From: Paraspadella gotoi
Taxonomy: Eukaryota; Animalia; Chaetognatha
Assembly (NCBI GenBank): GCA_051294375.1
Contig: CM119266.1
Coordinates: forward strand, 3,100,558-3,164,557
Direction of reading: 5' to 3'
DNA length: 64,000 bases
Position 1 is the stretch's first letter; the number at the start of each line of letters is the position of its first letter. Below, piece after piece: positions 12,343 through 25,420 of this stretch. The translations under genes were made by a program, and so were the position numbers. A model generated the notes under the pieces. The model was not told the DNA's origin. It searched no databases and saw only the letters and a list, made by a program, of their open reading frames with translations.

Positions 12343-12855
12343 TGCAACAGAGGCGACGAATTCGCTTCTCTTTTTTCGGGCGTCAACGGACATTCGTCCT
12401 GCTTACGTTGATTTAAAGCAGCAGCGACGCCTGCGAAAGCTGCGACGCGTGAAACGTTGCTGGGTCGGTCTTTATGGCTTCCCTGTTTTTGTGGAGGGAA
12501 GTTTCTTTATATTTAGAAGCCTCGAAACTTACCTGGCAGGAAGATTAACAGATGCGACACTGGAAATGCAGGTGAGTCGCCACCTGCAGAAGGGAAAAAA
12601 AAGAAATTTGTAAAAAAATCAAGTTGCAATGAACGCGGCGGAGGTCGATTACCTGAATCAATTCTTGACAGTTGTAAATGACAAGTGGCGAATGACAGGT
12701 GGCAAAATGACGGGTGGCAAATGGGCGAAGTTGCAAAGGAGTGTTCCTTTTTTTTCTTTCTTCTCGACGTTAGTGTAATTTTTATTCTTGTGCAATTGAA
12801 GTCGCAGAGTGATATAAATCTCTGTCGAGGGCTTTCGAACTCTCTCTCTCTCTTT

Positions 12856-12906
<51 letters not shown>

Positions 12907-13541
12907 CTCTCTCCTCTCTCTTTCTCTCTCTCTCTCTTCTTTCTCTCTCTCTCTCTCTAGTGCTGCTCTCTGCTTTCTCTGCTTTATCTGGTCTTTCTCT
13001 CTCTCTCTCTCTCTTTCAACTTCTCTCTATTCTCTCTCTCTCTTTCCTCTTTCTCTCTTTCTTTCTTTCTTTGTCTCTTTTCTCTTCTCTCTCTCTCTCG
13101 TCTCTCTCTCTCTCTCTCTCCGAAAAAAAAGGAAACACGCCTTTTGCAACTTCGCCATTTGCCACCCGTCATTTGCCACCTGTCATTCGCCACTTGTCAT
13201 TTACAACTGTCAAAGAATTGATTCAGGTAATCGACCTCGCGCGTTCATTGAACTTTGATTTTTTTACAAATTTCTTTTTTTTCCTTCTGCAGAGTGCGAC
13301 TCACCTGTCCAGCTTTCCAGTTGTCGATCTGTTAATTTCTTCCTTCCATCATCTCGGAAGGAGTAAGTTTCGAGGTTAAATATAAAGAAACTTCCCTCAC
13401 AAAAACAGGTGGAAGCATAAAGACCGACGCAGCGTTTCAGCGTCGCAGCTTCGCAGCGTCGCTGCTGCTTTAAATCGAACGTAAGAGACGAATGTCCGTT
13501 GACGCCCGAAAAAGAGAAGCGAATTCGTCGCCTCTGTTGCA
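12343..13541. repeat. Inverted duplication (12343-12745 vs 13135-13541) between two 25-N gaps
   Basis: TGCAACAGAGGCGACGAATTCGC at 12343 recurs as GCGAATTCGTCGCCTCTGTTGCA ending at 13541; arms differ by scattered indels. ~11990-12080 is also a direct copy of ~12760-12845. Confidence 0.9.
13305..13533 (-). CDS. Candidate internal exon of an unknown Cys-containing protein (noisy mirror copy at ~12351-12571 +)
   Basis: CAACAG acceptor, CAG|GTGAGT donor, 229-nt open frame RRRIRFSFSGVNGHSSLTFDLKQQRRCEAATLKRCVGLYASTCFCEGSFFIFNLETYSFRDDGRKKLTDRQLESWT. Confidence 0.5.
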
Positions 13542-16255
13542 CTCGCTCTCTCTCTTTCTCGGTCTCTCTTGTTGGTTNNNNNNNNNNNNNNNNNNNNNNN
13601 NNCCAAAAAGAGAGAGATCACGATGGACGAGGCGCAGGTGCAACAGATGGTCTTATGTGACAATTCATTATGATACCGCCAGTGTGGTCGTTTGTTTAAA
13701 CCTTTCAGTGCCTCGTTGGGATATAAGGCAGAGTAAGCTCCAGAAAAAGAATGGTGTTTATTGTGTTGTATTGTGGGTTTAGCTAATGAGGGTAAAATTT
13801 GCAAATAGAGTTGATCAGCATCTCTTTCTATTGCGTTTACTGAGGTAACGCTGGATCCAAGTGTGTTGTGTTGAAAAAGTTAGTAGTGCACATTAGGAAG
13901 TGAATGAGGTTAGAAAGAAGCGTGATAATATAAGAATTTGTGTTAGTATTAGGCGCAAGATGAAAATAAAAAAATCCGTCAGCTTGAATTTCTCTCAACT
14001 GTCAAAAAATCCCAAGAAAAGCAAAAGAGCAACGGAATAAGCAAATGAGAAATGCAAACAAAAGCTGACATGGTGGCAGTTTTTACTGTTAAACAGATGT
14101 TTGTATTAAAAGGACCTCTGCTTTGAGAGTTTGTCGCCTGTTTGTATTTTGTTTCCGTTTTCGCTCAAGTTTTATTTGTCCGTTGCATGTTGATGATTTT
14201 CTCGCTTCCCTGCCAGCCGTGTTCTCCACCCTATTCACCGCGCCACAGATCGCGGTAATGGTAGGATTAATCCATCAGCAGCTTTTCTTTTTATTCTCTG
14301 CGTCTCGTGCGTCTCGTCGTCTCGTCATCGTGTCGTCGGTCGAAGTCGGTCGTCGTCTCTCGTCTCTCAGAATCGTCTCTCGTCTCTCTCCGGTACTCGG
14401 TGCTGTCTCAAAGAAAACAAAGCTCGCAACTACTGGCCGGAGGGGATATGGTAGTTAGATAAGAAATAGAAGTGTAAGAGGCGGCCTTGTGTGAAAGAAT
14501 TGATGGGGCAAAATTTAAAAAAAGCGTGAAGAGATTTGAGTTTTTATGAGTAATTGAGTAGCAATAGTTGGTATATGTTTAGCATTGGAAGCACAGAGTT
14601 AGGTGTTCGGTGTAGACGCCGCAGGGTGGAAAAATCTTCATTGTCGGCTCGGTAGCGGACTGATCCCTCCCTTCTTGGTGTTTTTGTGTTTGAGTTTATC
14701 GAGGAAAATTGAGGAAAGAAAGACAGAGAGAGAGAGAAAGAAAGAGAAGAAAGAGAAGAAAGAAAGAAAGAAAAATAGCAAGAAAAAGGAAATAACAATA
14801 GATAGAAATAAATAATAAATAAGATAAGATAAGAGTAGGATAATAAAGTAAAGTAATTAAGATAGATAAAGTAAATAATAAGATAAAGTAAATGAATAGA
14901 AGAAGAGAAAAGGAAAGAGAGTAAAGTAGAATAAAGAAATAAAGAATAAATATAAATAAGATAAATAAATAATAAGAAGAAAGAAAGAAGAAGAAAGAAG
15001 AAAGAAGAAGAAAGAAAGAAAGAAGAAATAGAGAAAGAAAAGAAATGAAGAAAGAAAGAAGAAGAAAGAAAGAAAGGAAGGGAGGAGTGAGGAGAGAGGG
15101 TGGGCGGTGGAGAGAGAAGCGATGTAAGAAAAAAGTTTTGGCGCGAGAGCGTCGATTTGCCGAAGAGGTGAGAGCGAATTACGTCAGAGATATCAAGCAA
15201 GAACGCACAGTCTACCTGGATGTTGAAGGATGGTTCTTTGTGGTTCATGCGCTTCTCGTTGAGGTGTCGATTTGTCCGATTTATGAAATTGATAACAGGA
15301 ACAATATAGAAAAATAAAAAGGGAAATGTTTTGTTGATTTTTCGAGAGGTTGATGTTTTGGGCCTCTAGGTCCTTCTATCCTCTATCCTCTATCCACTCG
15401 GACAAAGCTGTCAGATCAATGCCTTGCAGTCTAGTTTTGTGTAACTCCCGAGAGATTGGCGTTCCAGAAGTCGAAGAGCTAGTGATGGTTGTTGTAGTGA
15501 ATTGCAAAAGTGTGTCAAGTGAGCGCATTTTTTCCACTTTCGAACTCTTGCCAGGCTCAGGCGTCTACGACGACGACGAGCGACGACGAACGACGACGAC
15601 GATGAAAATGGGCTAACAATTAAAATTAAAACGAAAAAAAATCCAGATTCAAGATCGGCCAAAAAGATAGTTTGCATGAACAAATTTGTAAAATCAAATA
15701 CAGAGCAAATAAATTATTTTTCAAACACACTGTCTTTGAGATTGATGGCCCACTGAAAGCATCTTGCAGAGAAATGTCTAGTTTAGCGCATAAGCTGGCG
15801 CCAATTTTTTCACCTACTAAGCAAGAAACTAATGTTCATAATTAGATTCGTTTCTTGATTCTTTGATTGGCATCGTTTAATGATTGTATTCATTGTTATT
15901 CATACGTCGTCTCGGAAACGCTAAAGAAGCGCGAGAGGAGTAAAAGTTAAGAGTGAAGGCTGCGTCATCTGGGCCGGAGGCTTAATTTCCTCAATTTGGA
16001 TTCAGGGGCGAAAAAAAGAACAAAAGAGAGAGAGAGAGAAAGAAAGAAGAGAGAGAAGAGAGAGAGAGGATGGGATTGAAGGAAGGAGAAGGGAAGAAAA
16101 GGATCACAGATACACGAGCGACGGACGACGACGACGACGAACACGAGCGACGACGGCCGGAAGCGGGGTACAAGCCACCTCGGACAAAGTAGCAGCAGAC
16201 GGATAAATTGGCGTCAAAGACTAAAAAACGTCGCTCAATTTTTTGAGACGAGAGA

Positions 16256-16304
<49 letters not shown>

Positions 16305-16965
16305 AGAGAGAGAGAGAGAGAGTGAGTACGCAGATGATGGCAGCGGTCGTACACAATTCAGCTTTTTTTAGCGTCGAGATTTCAAGTCCAACACACTTCC
16401 TCCTTTACTTTTTTGGTTCGATGGCATTAAAAATGGTTAGGCGAATCAAAATTTTTATGCCATTTTTTAAAACTAATTAACATATATGAAACTATATTAA
16501 CAATGCTGACTGGACAGCTACGGTGGGTCTAGAAGCCGTCCATGCCCTCTCAGCAATAAGAAGGCCCGCTGCAGAGTCTCGCTACAGTCTATAATTATGA
16601 GATTTTCATTTGCGCATTTTTAAAAAATTATTTTCCAATTTATTTAAAAGACTGTCTAAGCTCTACATAAGTTAGTAAGAAACGTTTCGCTCTCTTATCG
16701 TTTTGGCGTCTAATCGCTTCATAGACTCAGACAAGATTTATTTCTAATTGGCTTCCTGATGGACGTCATGACTTCACGCAGGTCATAAAATTGATAACAG
16801 TCGCCATGATGTCAATGAAAATGACGGCAGAGTTCGTGACGTCATAATTCATGACTTCAACTCCTCAGAAAACGATTTATTTCCATAATTGCTATTTTCG
16901 TGAAAATGGGACGAGTAAACAGGAAAGGTGAGAGAAGAGAGAGAGAGAGAGGAGAGAGAGAGAGA

Positions 16966-17003
<38 letters not shown>

Positions 17004-18559
17004 GAGAAGCATCAATCGAAAACGGTCAAACAAAGATAAAACTGCCTCTCGTTGACCAGGAATTGAGATGATGAAGCAGAGATTGGCCCCACACAGAAGG
17101 CGCCACACAGAAGCCCCATAGAAAGATTTTTCCATCAATATTGTCCGCCGACAGGGAATGGCCGCCAGGGCGAGATTGGCCCAACATAAAAGTCGCCCCA
17201 ACTTGGATCGCTCGAGTTTGAGATCGCCAAACTAGAGGATTGCTGCCTTTTTGGAAATGACGCCAGACAAGAATGCCGCAAGTTGCGCAGAGGATTGGCG
17301 CCAGCTACAGCGCTGCCACCCCAGAGGTGGAGTGGAGTATGCGCGGGATGGAGTATCGCGAGTGTGTTGGGTCAGAGATAAAAGAATGAAGTGAAGCGGA
17401 GGAGAGGTAGGAGGAGGAGGAGGAGGGAGGTATAGTGGAAGGCGGCTGCCTTTTTCCGCTAGGTGAGTTTCACTGGTGTTTCGACTCGCAAACGGTGCGA
17501 TAGAAGTCGCTGCGGACTGATTTTAACCTGGTCGGAAAAGTAGAATTCGACCTGATAATCAGTCGAAATTGAACGGAGGAGCGTGAATCAATGAAGGCTC
17601 GTCTCTGGTGCGAATTCGGACTGCAAGAATATGATGAAGCTCGTCTCTTTTTCTCTTGCTCTCGTTTTTCGCTCTCTAATAATGACAGCGATGAGATTGC
17701 CAGTGTTACATGGTAACATTTACAAAGCGCCGCAAACCATTTGAAAATATTATTATTTTATAGTAAAAGAGTAAAGAAGCCTGGGAAAAAAAGATGTTAA
17801 GTAGGCCTATCAAAATTTGATATAAGATCTTAAATTTACCTGTCCAGCTATTTATTTTGTTGGAAGGATGTGTTCATTGACATTTGAATATATAAATTAA
17901 ACGCTTGAATTTACGTATGAAGTTCATATGGAATGACATTCACATGAATCATTAAATGGATAAAATTCAATCAGAAATGTGTCGGTTAAAAATGAGATGA
18001 ATATTAAGAAATGAATTTCAATAATAAGATGAATTTGTGATTAATGCAGTAATGCGAAGAAACACTGTCCAGGTTTTAAAATAAAAACTCTTTCTCGTCT
18101 CTTTGAAGTGAATCTGGGGAATGAATCTATAATTAAATACATGCTGAGAATCACGTTACTTTTCTAACACATATGATTTGACAAGTAAAGTATGAGAGTA
18201 AAATTCCATAACGTATTAAGTCGAAATCAAATCTCTGCTCTCTCTGCTCGTCTTTTTATGTTAATTGCGATGAATCTTTATGCGTTTTAAGAATGTTTTT
18301 TAAAGCGGATGCTCATTTTTTCACGTGTAATTAATTAATTAAGTTAATTAAAACTTTTATTAGTAATCATTAATATTAAAGATTAAGTAAATGTGACTTA
18401 AAGTTTTTGCCATGCTAAACTTGCATTTCGCACTGGCCACAATTCAGCTGTCAAGAACTTTAATATAATTTATTATATATTAATTAAATAGTTAAAAGCT
18501 CAGTGGCAACAACGCCAAATGAACTAATTAAGAAAAGTTACATGTGAACTGACAAATAA

Positions 18560-18800
18560 TTTTGATCAATTAAGATAATTTTGGTCAAGCCGGCATAAAT
18601 TTGCGTCAATTGGCATAATTTTATGCAACTGGCCTGAATTTGGTCAACTGGCATAATTTGGTCAACAGGCATAATTTGGTCAACTTGCAGAACTTGATCA
18701 CTTGCAGAATTTGGGTCAAGCTGGCATAATTTGGTCAAGCTTTAAGGAAGTTTGGTCAGACTGGGCATAGTTTTTGTCATTGGCATAAGATTTTGGTCAA
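18560..18800 (-). repeat. 18-bp minisatellite (AAATTATGCCAGTTGACC family), inverted relative to 25088-25420
   Basis: GGTCAACTGGCATAATTT units; the adjacent (ATCA)n and ..18930 flank also match ~24960-25085 in reverse. Confidence 0.85.
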
Positions 18801-19053
18801 TCAATCAATCAATCAATCAATCAAATCAATCAAATCAATTAATCAATCAATGCAATCAAACAGAGAGAATAGAGAGAGAGAAACGTTTAAAGAAAAATTC
18901 AAATAAATTGTGTCTTTGGTGTTCTAATTGTGAACTAGTCGAAAACGGAGCGCTTTCACTATAAGTGGGAAGGAGGAGGGAGGGAACTGGCGCGCGTCGG
19001 GAACGGCGGTTAATTGGAGTGAAAATATGAGGTGGAGGGTGAGGTAGGAGAGA

Positions 19054-19104
<51 letters not shown>

Positions 19105-19305
19105 GAGAGAGAGAGAGGAGAGAATTGAAAAAAAGAACGAAGTAAATAAAGAAAGAGAAGAAAGAAAGAAGAAAGAAAGAAAGAAAGAAAAGAAAGAAAG
19201 AAAGAAAGAAAGAAAGAAAAGAAAAAAGAAAGAACAAAGAAAGAAGAGAAAGGAAGATACAGCAATAACGAACAAGCACTCCTCCTCCTCCTCCTCCTCC
19301 TCCTC

Positions 19306-19526
19306 CGCTTCACTTCATTTTTTATCTCTGACCCAAACACTCGCGATACTCCATCACGCGATACTCCATCACTCTGGGGTGGCAGCGCTGTAGTGGCGCA
19401 ATCTCTGCCTGCGGCATTCTTGTCTGGGTCAATTTCAAAAGGAGCAATCTCTAGTTTGGGCGATCTCAACTGGAGCGATCCCAAGTTGGGGCGATTTATG
19501 GTTGGGCAATCTCGCTGGGCCATTCC
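19306..19526 (-). CDS. Candidate exon of an unknown protein (noisy mirror copy at ~17154-17400 +)
   Basis: GACAG acceptor then an open frame GMAQRDCPTINRPNLGSLQLRSPKLEIAPFEIDPDKNAAGRDCATTALPPQSDGVSRDGVSRVFGSEIKNEVK; the other two frames stop early. Confidence 0.3.
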
Positions 19527-20299
19527 CTGTCGGGACAATATTGAATGGAAAAATCTTTTATGGGGCTTCTGTGTGGGCNNNNNNNNNNNNNNNNNNNNNN
19601 NNNNNNNNNNNNNNNNNNNNNNNNNNNNNNNNNNNNNNNNNNNNNNNNNNNNNNNNNNNNNNNNNNNNNNNNNNNNNNNNNNNNNNNNNNNNNNNNNNNN
19701 NNNNNNNNNNNNNNNNNNNNNNNNNNNNNNNNNNNNNNNNNNNNNNNNNNNNNNNNNNNNNNNNNNNNNNNNNNNNNNNNNNNNNNNNNNNNNNNNNNNN
19801 NNNNNCGAAAATAGAATTTTTATGGATAAATCGTTTCTGACGGAGTTGACGTCATGAATTATGACGTCACGAACTCTGCGTCATTTTATGACATCATGAC
19901 GTTATCAATTATGACCTGGTGAAGTCATGACGTCCATCAGGAAGCAATTTAGAAATAAATCTTCTTGAGTCTTGAAAGGATGAGACGCAAAACGATAATA
20001 GAGCGAAACGTTTCTTACTAACTTATGTAGAGCTAGAAGTTTTAAATAAATTGGAAAATAATTTTTAAAAAGGAAATGAAAATTATAATTATAGACTGTA
20101 GGAGACTCTTGCNNNNNNNNNNNNNNNNNNNNNNNNNNNNNNNNNNNNNNNNNNNNNAGTCTTTGACGTTTATCCGTCTGTGACTTTGTCCGAGGTCGTT
20201 GTCCCCGTTGGCCGTCGTCGTCGTCGTCGTCGTCGTCGTTATGGTGATCCTTTTTTTCTTCTCTTCCTCATCCCATCCTCCTCTCTCTCTTCTCTCTCT

Positions 20300-20720
20300 C
20301 TTCTCTTTCTCTCTCTCTCTCTTTTTGTTCTTTTTTTTCGCCCTGAATTCCAAATGAGGAAATAAGCCTCCGGCAGATGACGCAGCCTTCACCTTTAACT
20401 TTCTCCTCTCGGCTTCTTTAACGTTTCCGATACGACGATGAATACAATGAATACAATCATTAAACGATGCAATCAAAGAATCAAGAACGAATCTAATTAT
20501 GAACCATTAGTTTCTTGCTTTAGTACAAGAAAAAATTGGCGCAGTTATGGCTAAACTCGACATTTCTCTGCAAGATGCTCTCAGGGCATCAATCTCAAGA
20601 CGTGTGTTTGAAAAATAATTTATTTGATTGTATTGATTTTACAATTGTTCATGCAAACTATTTTTTGGCGATTCGAATCTGGTTTTGTTTTCGTTTTAAT
20701 TTTAATTGTTGCCATTTTCA

Positions 20721-20817
<97 letters not shown>

Positions 20818-21324
20818 AGACGCCTGAGTGGAAGAGTTGAAAGTGAAAAAAATGGTCACTTGACACAATTGAATTCATAAAAACATTATAGCTCTTCATT
20901 AATAGGGAAGCCAATCACTCCGGGAGTTAACAAACTAGACTGAGAAGGCATTGATTGACAGCTTTGTCCGAGGGATAGAGGATAGAGGATAGAGGATAGA
21001 GGCCAAAACCATAACCTCTCGAAAAATAACAAAATTCCTTTTTTATTTTTATATTGTTTGTATCAATTTCATAAATGGAAAATGAAATCAAGAGAAGCGA
21101 TGAAACAAAAGAACATTTAAATAGGTGAAGATCGTCCCGCGTTTTGTTGATATTTTGACGTAATTCGCTCTCATTTGGCAAATCGACGCTTTTGGCCAGT
21201 AAACTTTCTTCTTAATCGCTTTCTCTTTTCACCGCCCACCCTCTCTCCTCACTCCTTCCTTCCTTCCTTTCTTTCTTTCTTTCTTTTTCTTTTCTTTCTT
21301 TCTTTGCTTTCTTTCTTTCTTTCT

Positions 21325-21359
<35 letters not shown>

Positions 21360-21441
21360 TTTCTTTATTTCTATTATTTATTTATCTCTTTCTTTCTTAT
21401 TATTTATCTGCTTTCTTTCTTTCTTTATTTATTTATTGTAT

Positions 21442-21480
<39 letters not shown>

Positions 21481-21482
21481 TT

Positions 21483-21513
<31 letters not shown>

Positions 21514-21527
21514 TCTGTTTATTTCTC

Positions 21528-21566
<39 letters not shown>

Positions 21567-22852
21567 CTCTTTCTGTCTTTCTTTCTATTTTTTTCTGATA
21601 AACTCAAAACAAAAAAGAGGGAGGATCAGTCGTACGAGGAAAGAAGATTTTTCCATGGGCGTCGAACGAACATAATTGTGTTCAATGTAAAATATACAAT
21701 ATTTGTACTCAATTACTCATAAAACTCAATTTTAGGCTTTTTTTAAATTTGCCCATCAATTCTTTCACAACAAGGCGCATCCATCCTGCGCCCCTCTCTT
21801 CTCTCTCTTCTTCTCTTCTCTCTCTCTCTCTTTTGTCTTTTTTTTCGTCCGCGAATTCCAAATGAGAGAACATAAGCCTCGCGGCAGAATGACGCGCCTT
21901 CACCTTTAACTTCTCTCCTCTCACGGCTTCTTAACGTTTCCAGAGCACGACCGATCTGGGATTGGAGTACGAATTGAATACAACTCACTAATACGATGCT
22001 TGCAATCAGAAGAACCGTCTAAGAAACGAATCTAATATTGAACATTAGGTTTCTGCTTTAGTAGGGAAATGAAAAATGCCGCAGTTATGGCGCGTAAACT
22101 AGATCATTTCTCTGCAAGATGCTTTCAGTGGCATCAATCTCAAGACGCTGGGTGTTTTGAAAAATAATTATATTGATTAGTATTGATTGTTACAACTTGT
22201 CATGCAAACTATTTCTTTGGCGAGTTTGAATCTGGTTTTTTTTTCGTTTTAATTTTTAATTGTTGGCCATTTCATCGTTCTGTCGTCGTTCGTCGTGCGG
22301 TCGTCGTAGACGCCTCTGTCTAGTGGAAGAGTATGGAATAGTGCATAAAAGATGCAGTCACTTGACACAATTGAATTCATAAAAAACATTATAGCTCTTC
22401 ATTAATAGGGAAATGCCAATTCTCTCTGGAGGTTAACAAAAACTAGAACTGAGGAAGGCATTGATTGACAGCTTGTCCGCAGGGATAGAGGATAGACGCG
22501 ATTAGAGGATAGAGGCCAAAACGATAACCTCTCGAAAAATAAACAAATTCCTTTTTTATTTTTATTATTGTTTTGTATCAATTTCATAAATGGAAAATGG
22601 AAATCAGAGAAGCTGGATGAAACAAAAAAGAAAACATTTAAATAGGTGAAGAATCGTTCCCGCGTTTTGTTGCATATTTTGACGTTAATTCGCTCTCATT
22701 TTGGCAAATCGACGACTTATTGGCCAGTAAACTTTCTTCTTAATCGCTTTCTCTTTTCACCGCCCACCCTCTCTCCTCACTCCTTCCTTCCTTCCTTTCT
22801 TTCTTTCTTTCTTTTTCTTTTCTTTCTTTCTTTGCTTTCTTTCTTTCTTTCT

Positions 22853-22887
<35 letters not shown>

Positions 22888-22969
22888 TTTCTTTATTTCT
22901 ATTATTTATTTATCTCTTTCTTTCTTATTATTTATCTGCTTTCTTTCTTTCTTTATTTATTTATTGTAT

Positions 22970-23008
<39 letters not shown>

Positions 23009-23010
23009 TT

Positions 23011-23041
<31 letters not shown>

Positions 23042-23330
23042 TCTGTTTATTTCTCTCTTTCTTTCTTTCTTTCTTTCTTTCGTTTCTTTCTTTCTTTCTT
23101 TCTCTCTTCTGTCTTTCTTTTCTATTTTTTTCCTGATGTAAACTCAAAACAAAAAGAGGGAGGATCAGTCGTACGAGGAAAAGAAGATTTTTCCATGGGC
23201 CGTTCGAAACGAACATAATTGTGTCAATGTAAAATATTACAATTTAATTGTACTCAATTACTCATAAAACTCAATTTTAGGCTTTGTTTTAAATTTGGCC
23301 ATCAATTTCTTCAAGAACCAAGTGCTCTCT
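20300..23330. repeat. Direct tandem duplication, ~1.5-kb unit (20300-21780 vs 21810-23330)
   Basis: Shared anchors such as GAATTCCAAATGAG (~20345/~21853) and CAGTAAACTTTCTTCTTAATCGC (~21197/~22725). Confidence 0.9.
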
Positions 23331-24518
23331 TAATTTATTTCTTATCTAAATTTACATATCCCTTCGGCAGTAGTTGGAGGCTTTGTTTTCTTTGAGAGAG
23401 AGGAGAGAGCAGACGAGAGAGAGAGGAGACGAGACGATGGAGAGAGAGAGAGAGAGAGTGACGAGAGAGAGTGAGAGAGAGAGAGAGCAATAAAAGANNN
23501 NNNNNNNNNNNNNNNNNNNNNNAAAGCTGGATGGATTAATCCTCCCATTAGCGATTGTGGGGCGTGAATAGGGTGGAGAAACAGGCTGGAGAGAGAAAGC
23601 GAGAAAAGTCAGTCAAATGAAGGAAATAAAATTGAGGAAAAAGGAAAAAAAAAATAAAAAAGGGAAAATTAAAGAGAAGTGCTTTTAATAAAACTCTGTA
23701 AAGCAAGTAAAACTGCACCATGTCAGCTTTTGTTTTGATTTTCTCATTTGTTATTGTTGCTCTTTTTGTTTTCTTGGGTTTTTTGCCAGTTGAGAGAAAT
23801 TAAGCTTGGGATTTTTATTTTATTTGCTAAACTAAAAATTCTATATTTCAAGCTTTTTCCTAACCTCATTCTACTAATGTGAACTAACTTTTAAAAAACT
23901 TCGATAGTGAATTACTAAGTAAAACGAATAAGAAGAGATGTGATAATGCATTTGCAAATTTATTCATTAGCTTAAACACAATAAAAAAATTAAAAACATT
24001 TTTTTTTGGACTTACCTGCGTTATATCCAGAGAGCATAAAAGTTAAAAAAAGAAACTTATATTAATAATTGTCACATAAACCATCTGTTGATGCTCTCAT
24101 CTGTGCCATCTGTACAACTGTACTTACTGCAAAATGAAAAAAACAAATGAGATAAAAGAAAAAAAACCTTTTTTTTGTCTTTAAAGACTCAAATCATTGA
24201 CTTTTTTCTCTGCGGAAGGAGGAGGAGGAGGAAGAGGAGGAGGAGGGCGACAATGATGACGACGACGACTTCTACAAAAACGGAGACGATGACAACGACG
24301 ACGATGACGACGACGACAATCACGATAAGAACGACGATGACAACGACGACATTTTGAAGACAAGCGAAACCAAGGTCACGTCAATTACGAAGTATTGACA
24401 AAGTTTAATTGACAGGAATGATGGAGACAACGGAAATGATGACAAAGACGTCGGAAGAGGAAGACAAGGACAAATGCGGCCAGGAAATGAAGGGCAAATG
24501 ACTTTCAAACTTAAGAGA

Positions 24519-24576
<58 letters not shown>

Positions 24577-24687
24577 CTATTTAAATTCGTCTGTCCAGTA
24601 CCCATCTTTTAGTTCAATTAAAGCTTGGCATGACAACAAGATTAAAAAAAATTGTTTAACATTTAAAAAATTGGTTTCGAATAAATT

Positions 24688-24910
24688 TTTCTATAATCCA
24701 CTTTGTCGGTCCGTCGGTCCGCCCCCTCAATCTAGTCGGGCATTCACTTATATCATGTCAGAAGATCGAATTATGATAAATTGTGCAAAAAAATGATGTC
24801 CCTCTATCCGACTATCTGTCCGTCCATCCGTCCCACCTTAGCAAAAAACTCCAATTACTCGTGATTGGATGGATGGATTGGAATGAAATTTTGTGTGTGG
24901 GTAGGAAAGT
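24688..24910 (+). mobile_element. DINE-1/HINE-like fragment
   Basis: CTATAATCCACTTTGTCGGTCCGTCGGTCC, (GTCC)n and GATTGGAATGAAATTTTGTG, motifs typical of these elements. Confidence 0.4.
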
Positions 24911-25087
24911 GTGTGATTGATATAAAGTTTTGATGGAATCGTAGGAGTGAAAAAGAGTTTAAATTAGAAAACCAAAAGTCACATTTATTTGAGTTTTTAA
25001 AGTTTCCCACTCTCTATCTCTCTGATTGATTGATTGATGGATTGATTTATTGATTTATTGAATGATTGATTGAGTGATTGATTGAAC

Positions 25088-25420
25088 AAATTATGCCAGT
25101 TGACCAAATTAGTCAAGTGACCAAATTCTGCAAGTTGACCAAATTCTGCAAGTTGACCAAATTGTGCCAGTTGACCAAATTATGCAGGTTGAGTAAATTA
25201 TGCCTATTGAGCAAATTATGCCAGTTGAGAAAATTATGCAAGTTGACCAAATTATGCCAGTGGACCAAATTATGCCAGTTGACCAACTTAGGCCAGTTGA
25301 CAAAATTATGCAAGTTTACCAAATTATGCCAGTTGACCAAATTTTGCCAGTTGACCAAATAAAGCCACTTGATTAAATTATGCAACTTGACCAAATTATG
25401 CAAAATTATCAAATTATGCA
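25088..25420 (+). repeat. 18-bp minisatellite, ~18 copies, consensus AAATTATGCCAGTTGACC
   Basis: Direct repeats; explains the LTKLCQ / NLVNWH pseudo-ORFs. Confidence 0.92.

Larger units (their letters stand above)
13603..24110. repeat. ~10.5-kb imperfect palindrome: 13603-17430 mirrored by 19275-24110
   Basis: Colinear reverse-complement anchors: ~13643 ACAGATGGTCTTATGTGACAATT vs ~24070-24089; ~14063 GCTGACATGGTG vs ~23716; ~16662 TCTACATAAGTTAGTAAGAAACGTTTCGCTC vs 20001-20031; 17100-17400 vs 19578-19300. Confidence 0.9.

Noticed and set aside
13603-24110. Foldback transposon or giant TIR element
   Set aside because: Arms contain ordinary exon-like and microsatellite DNA, differ by read-type indels, abut 25-N gaps, and show no TSD or transposase.
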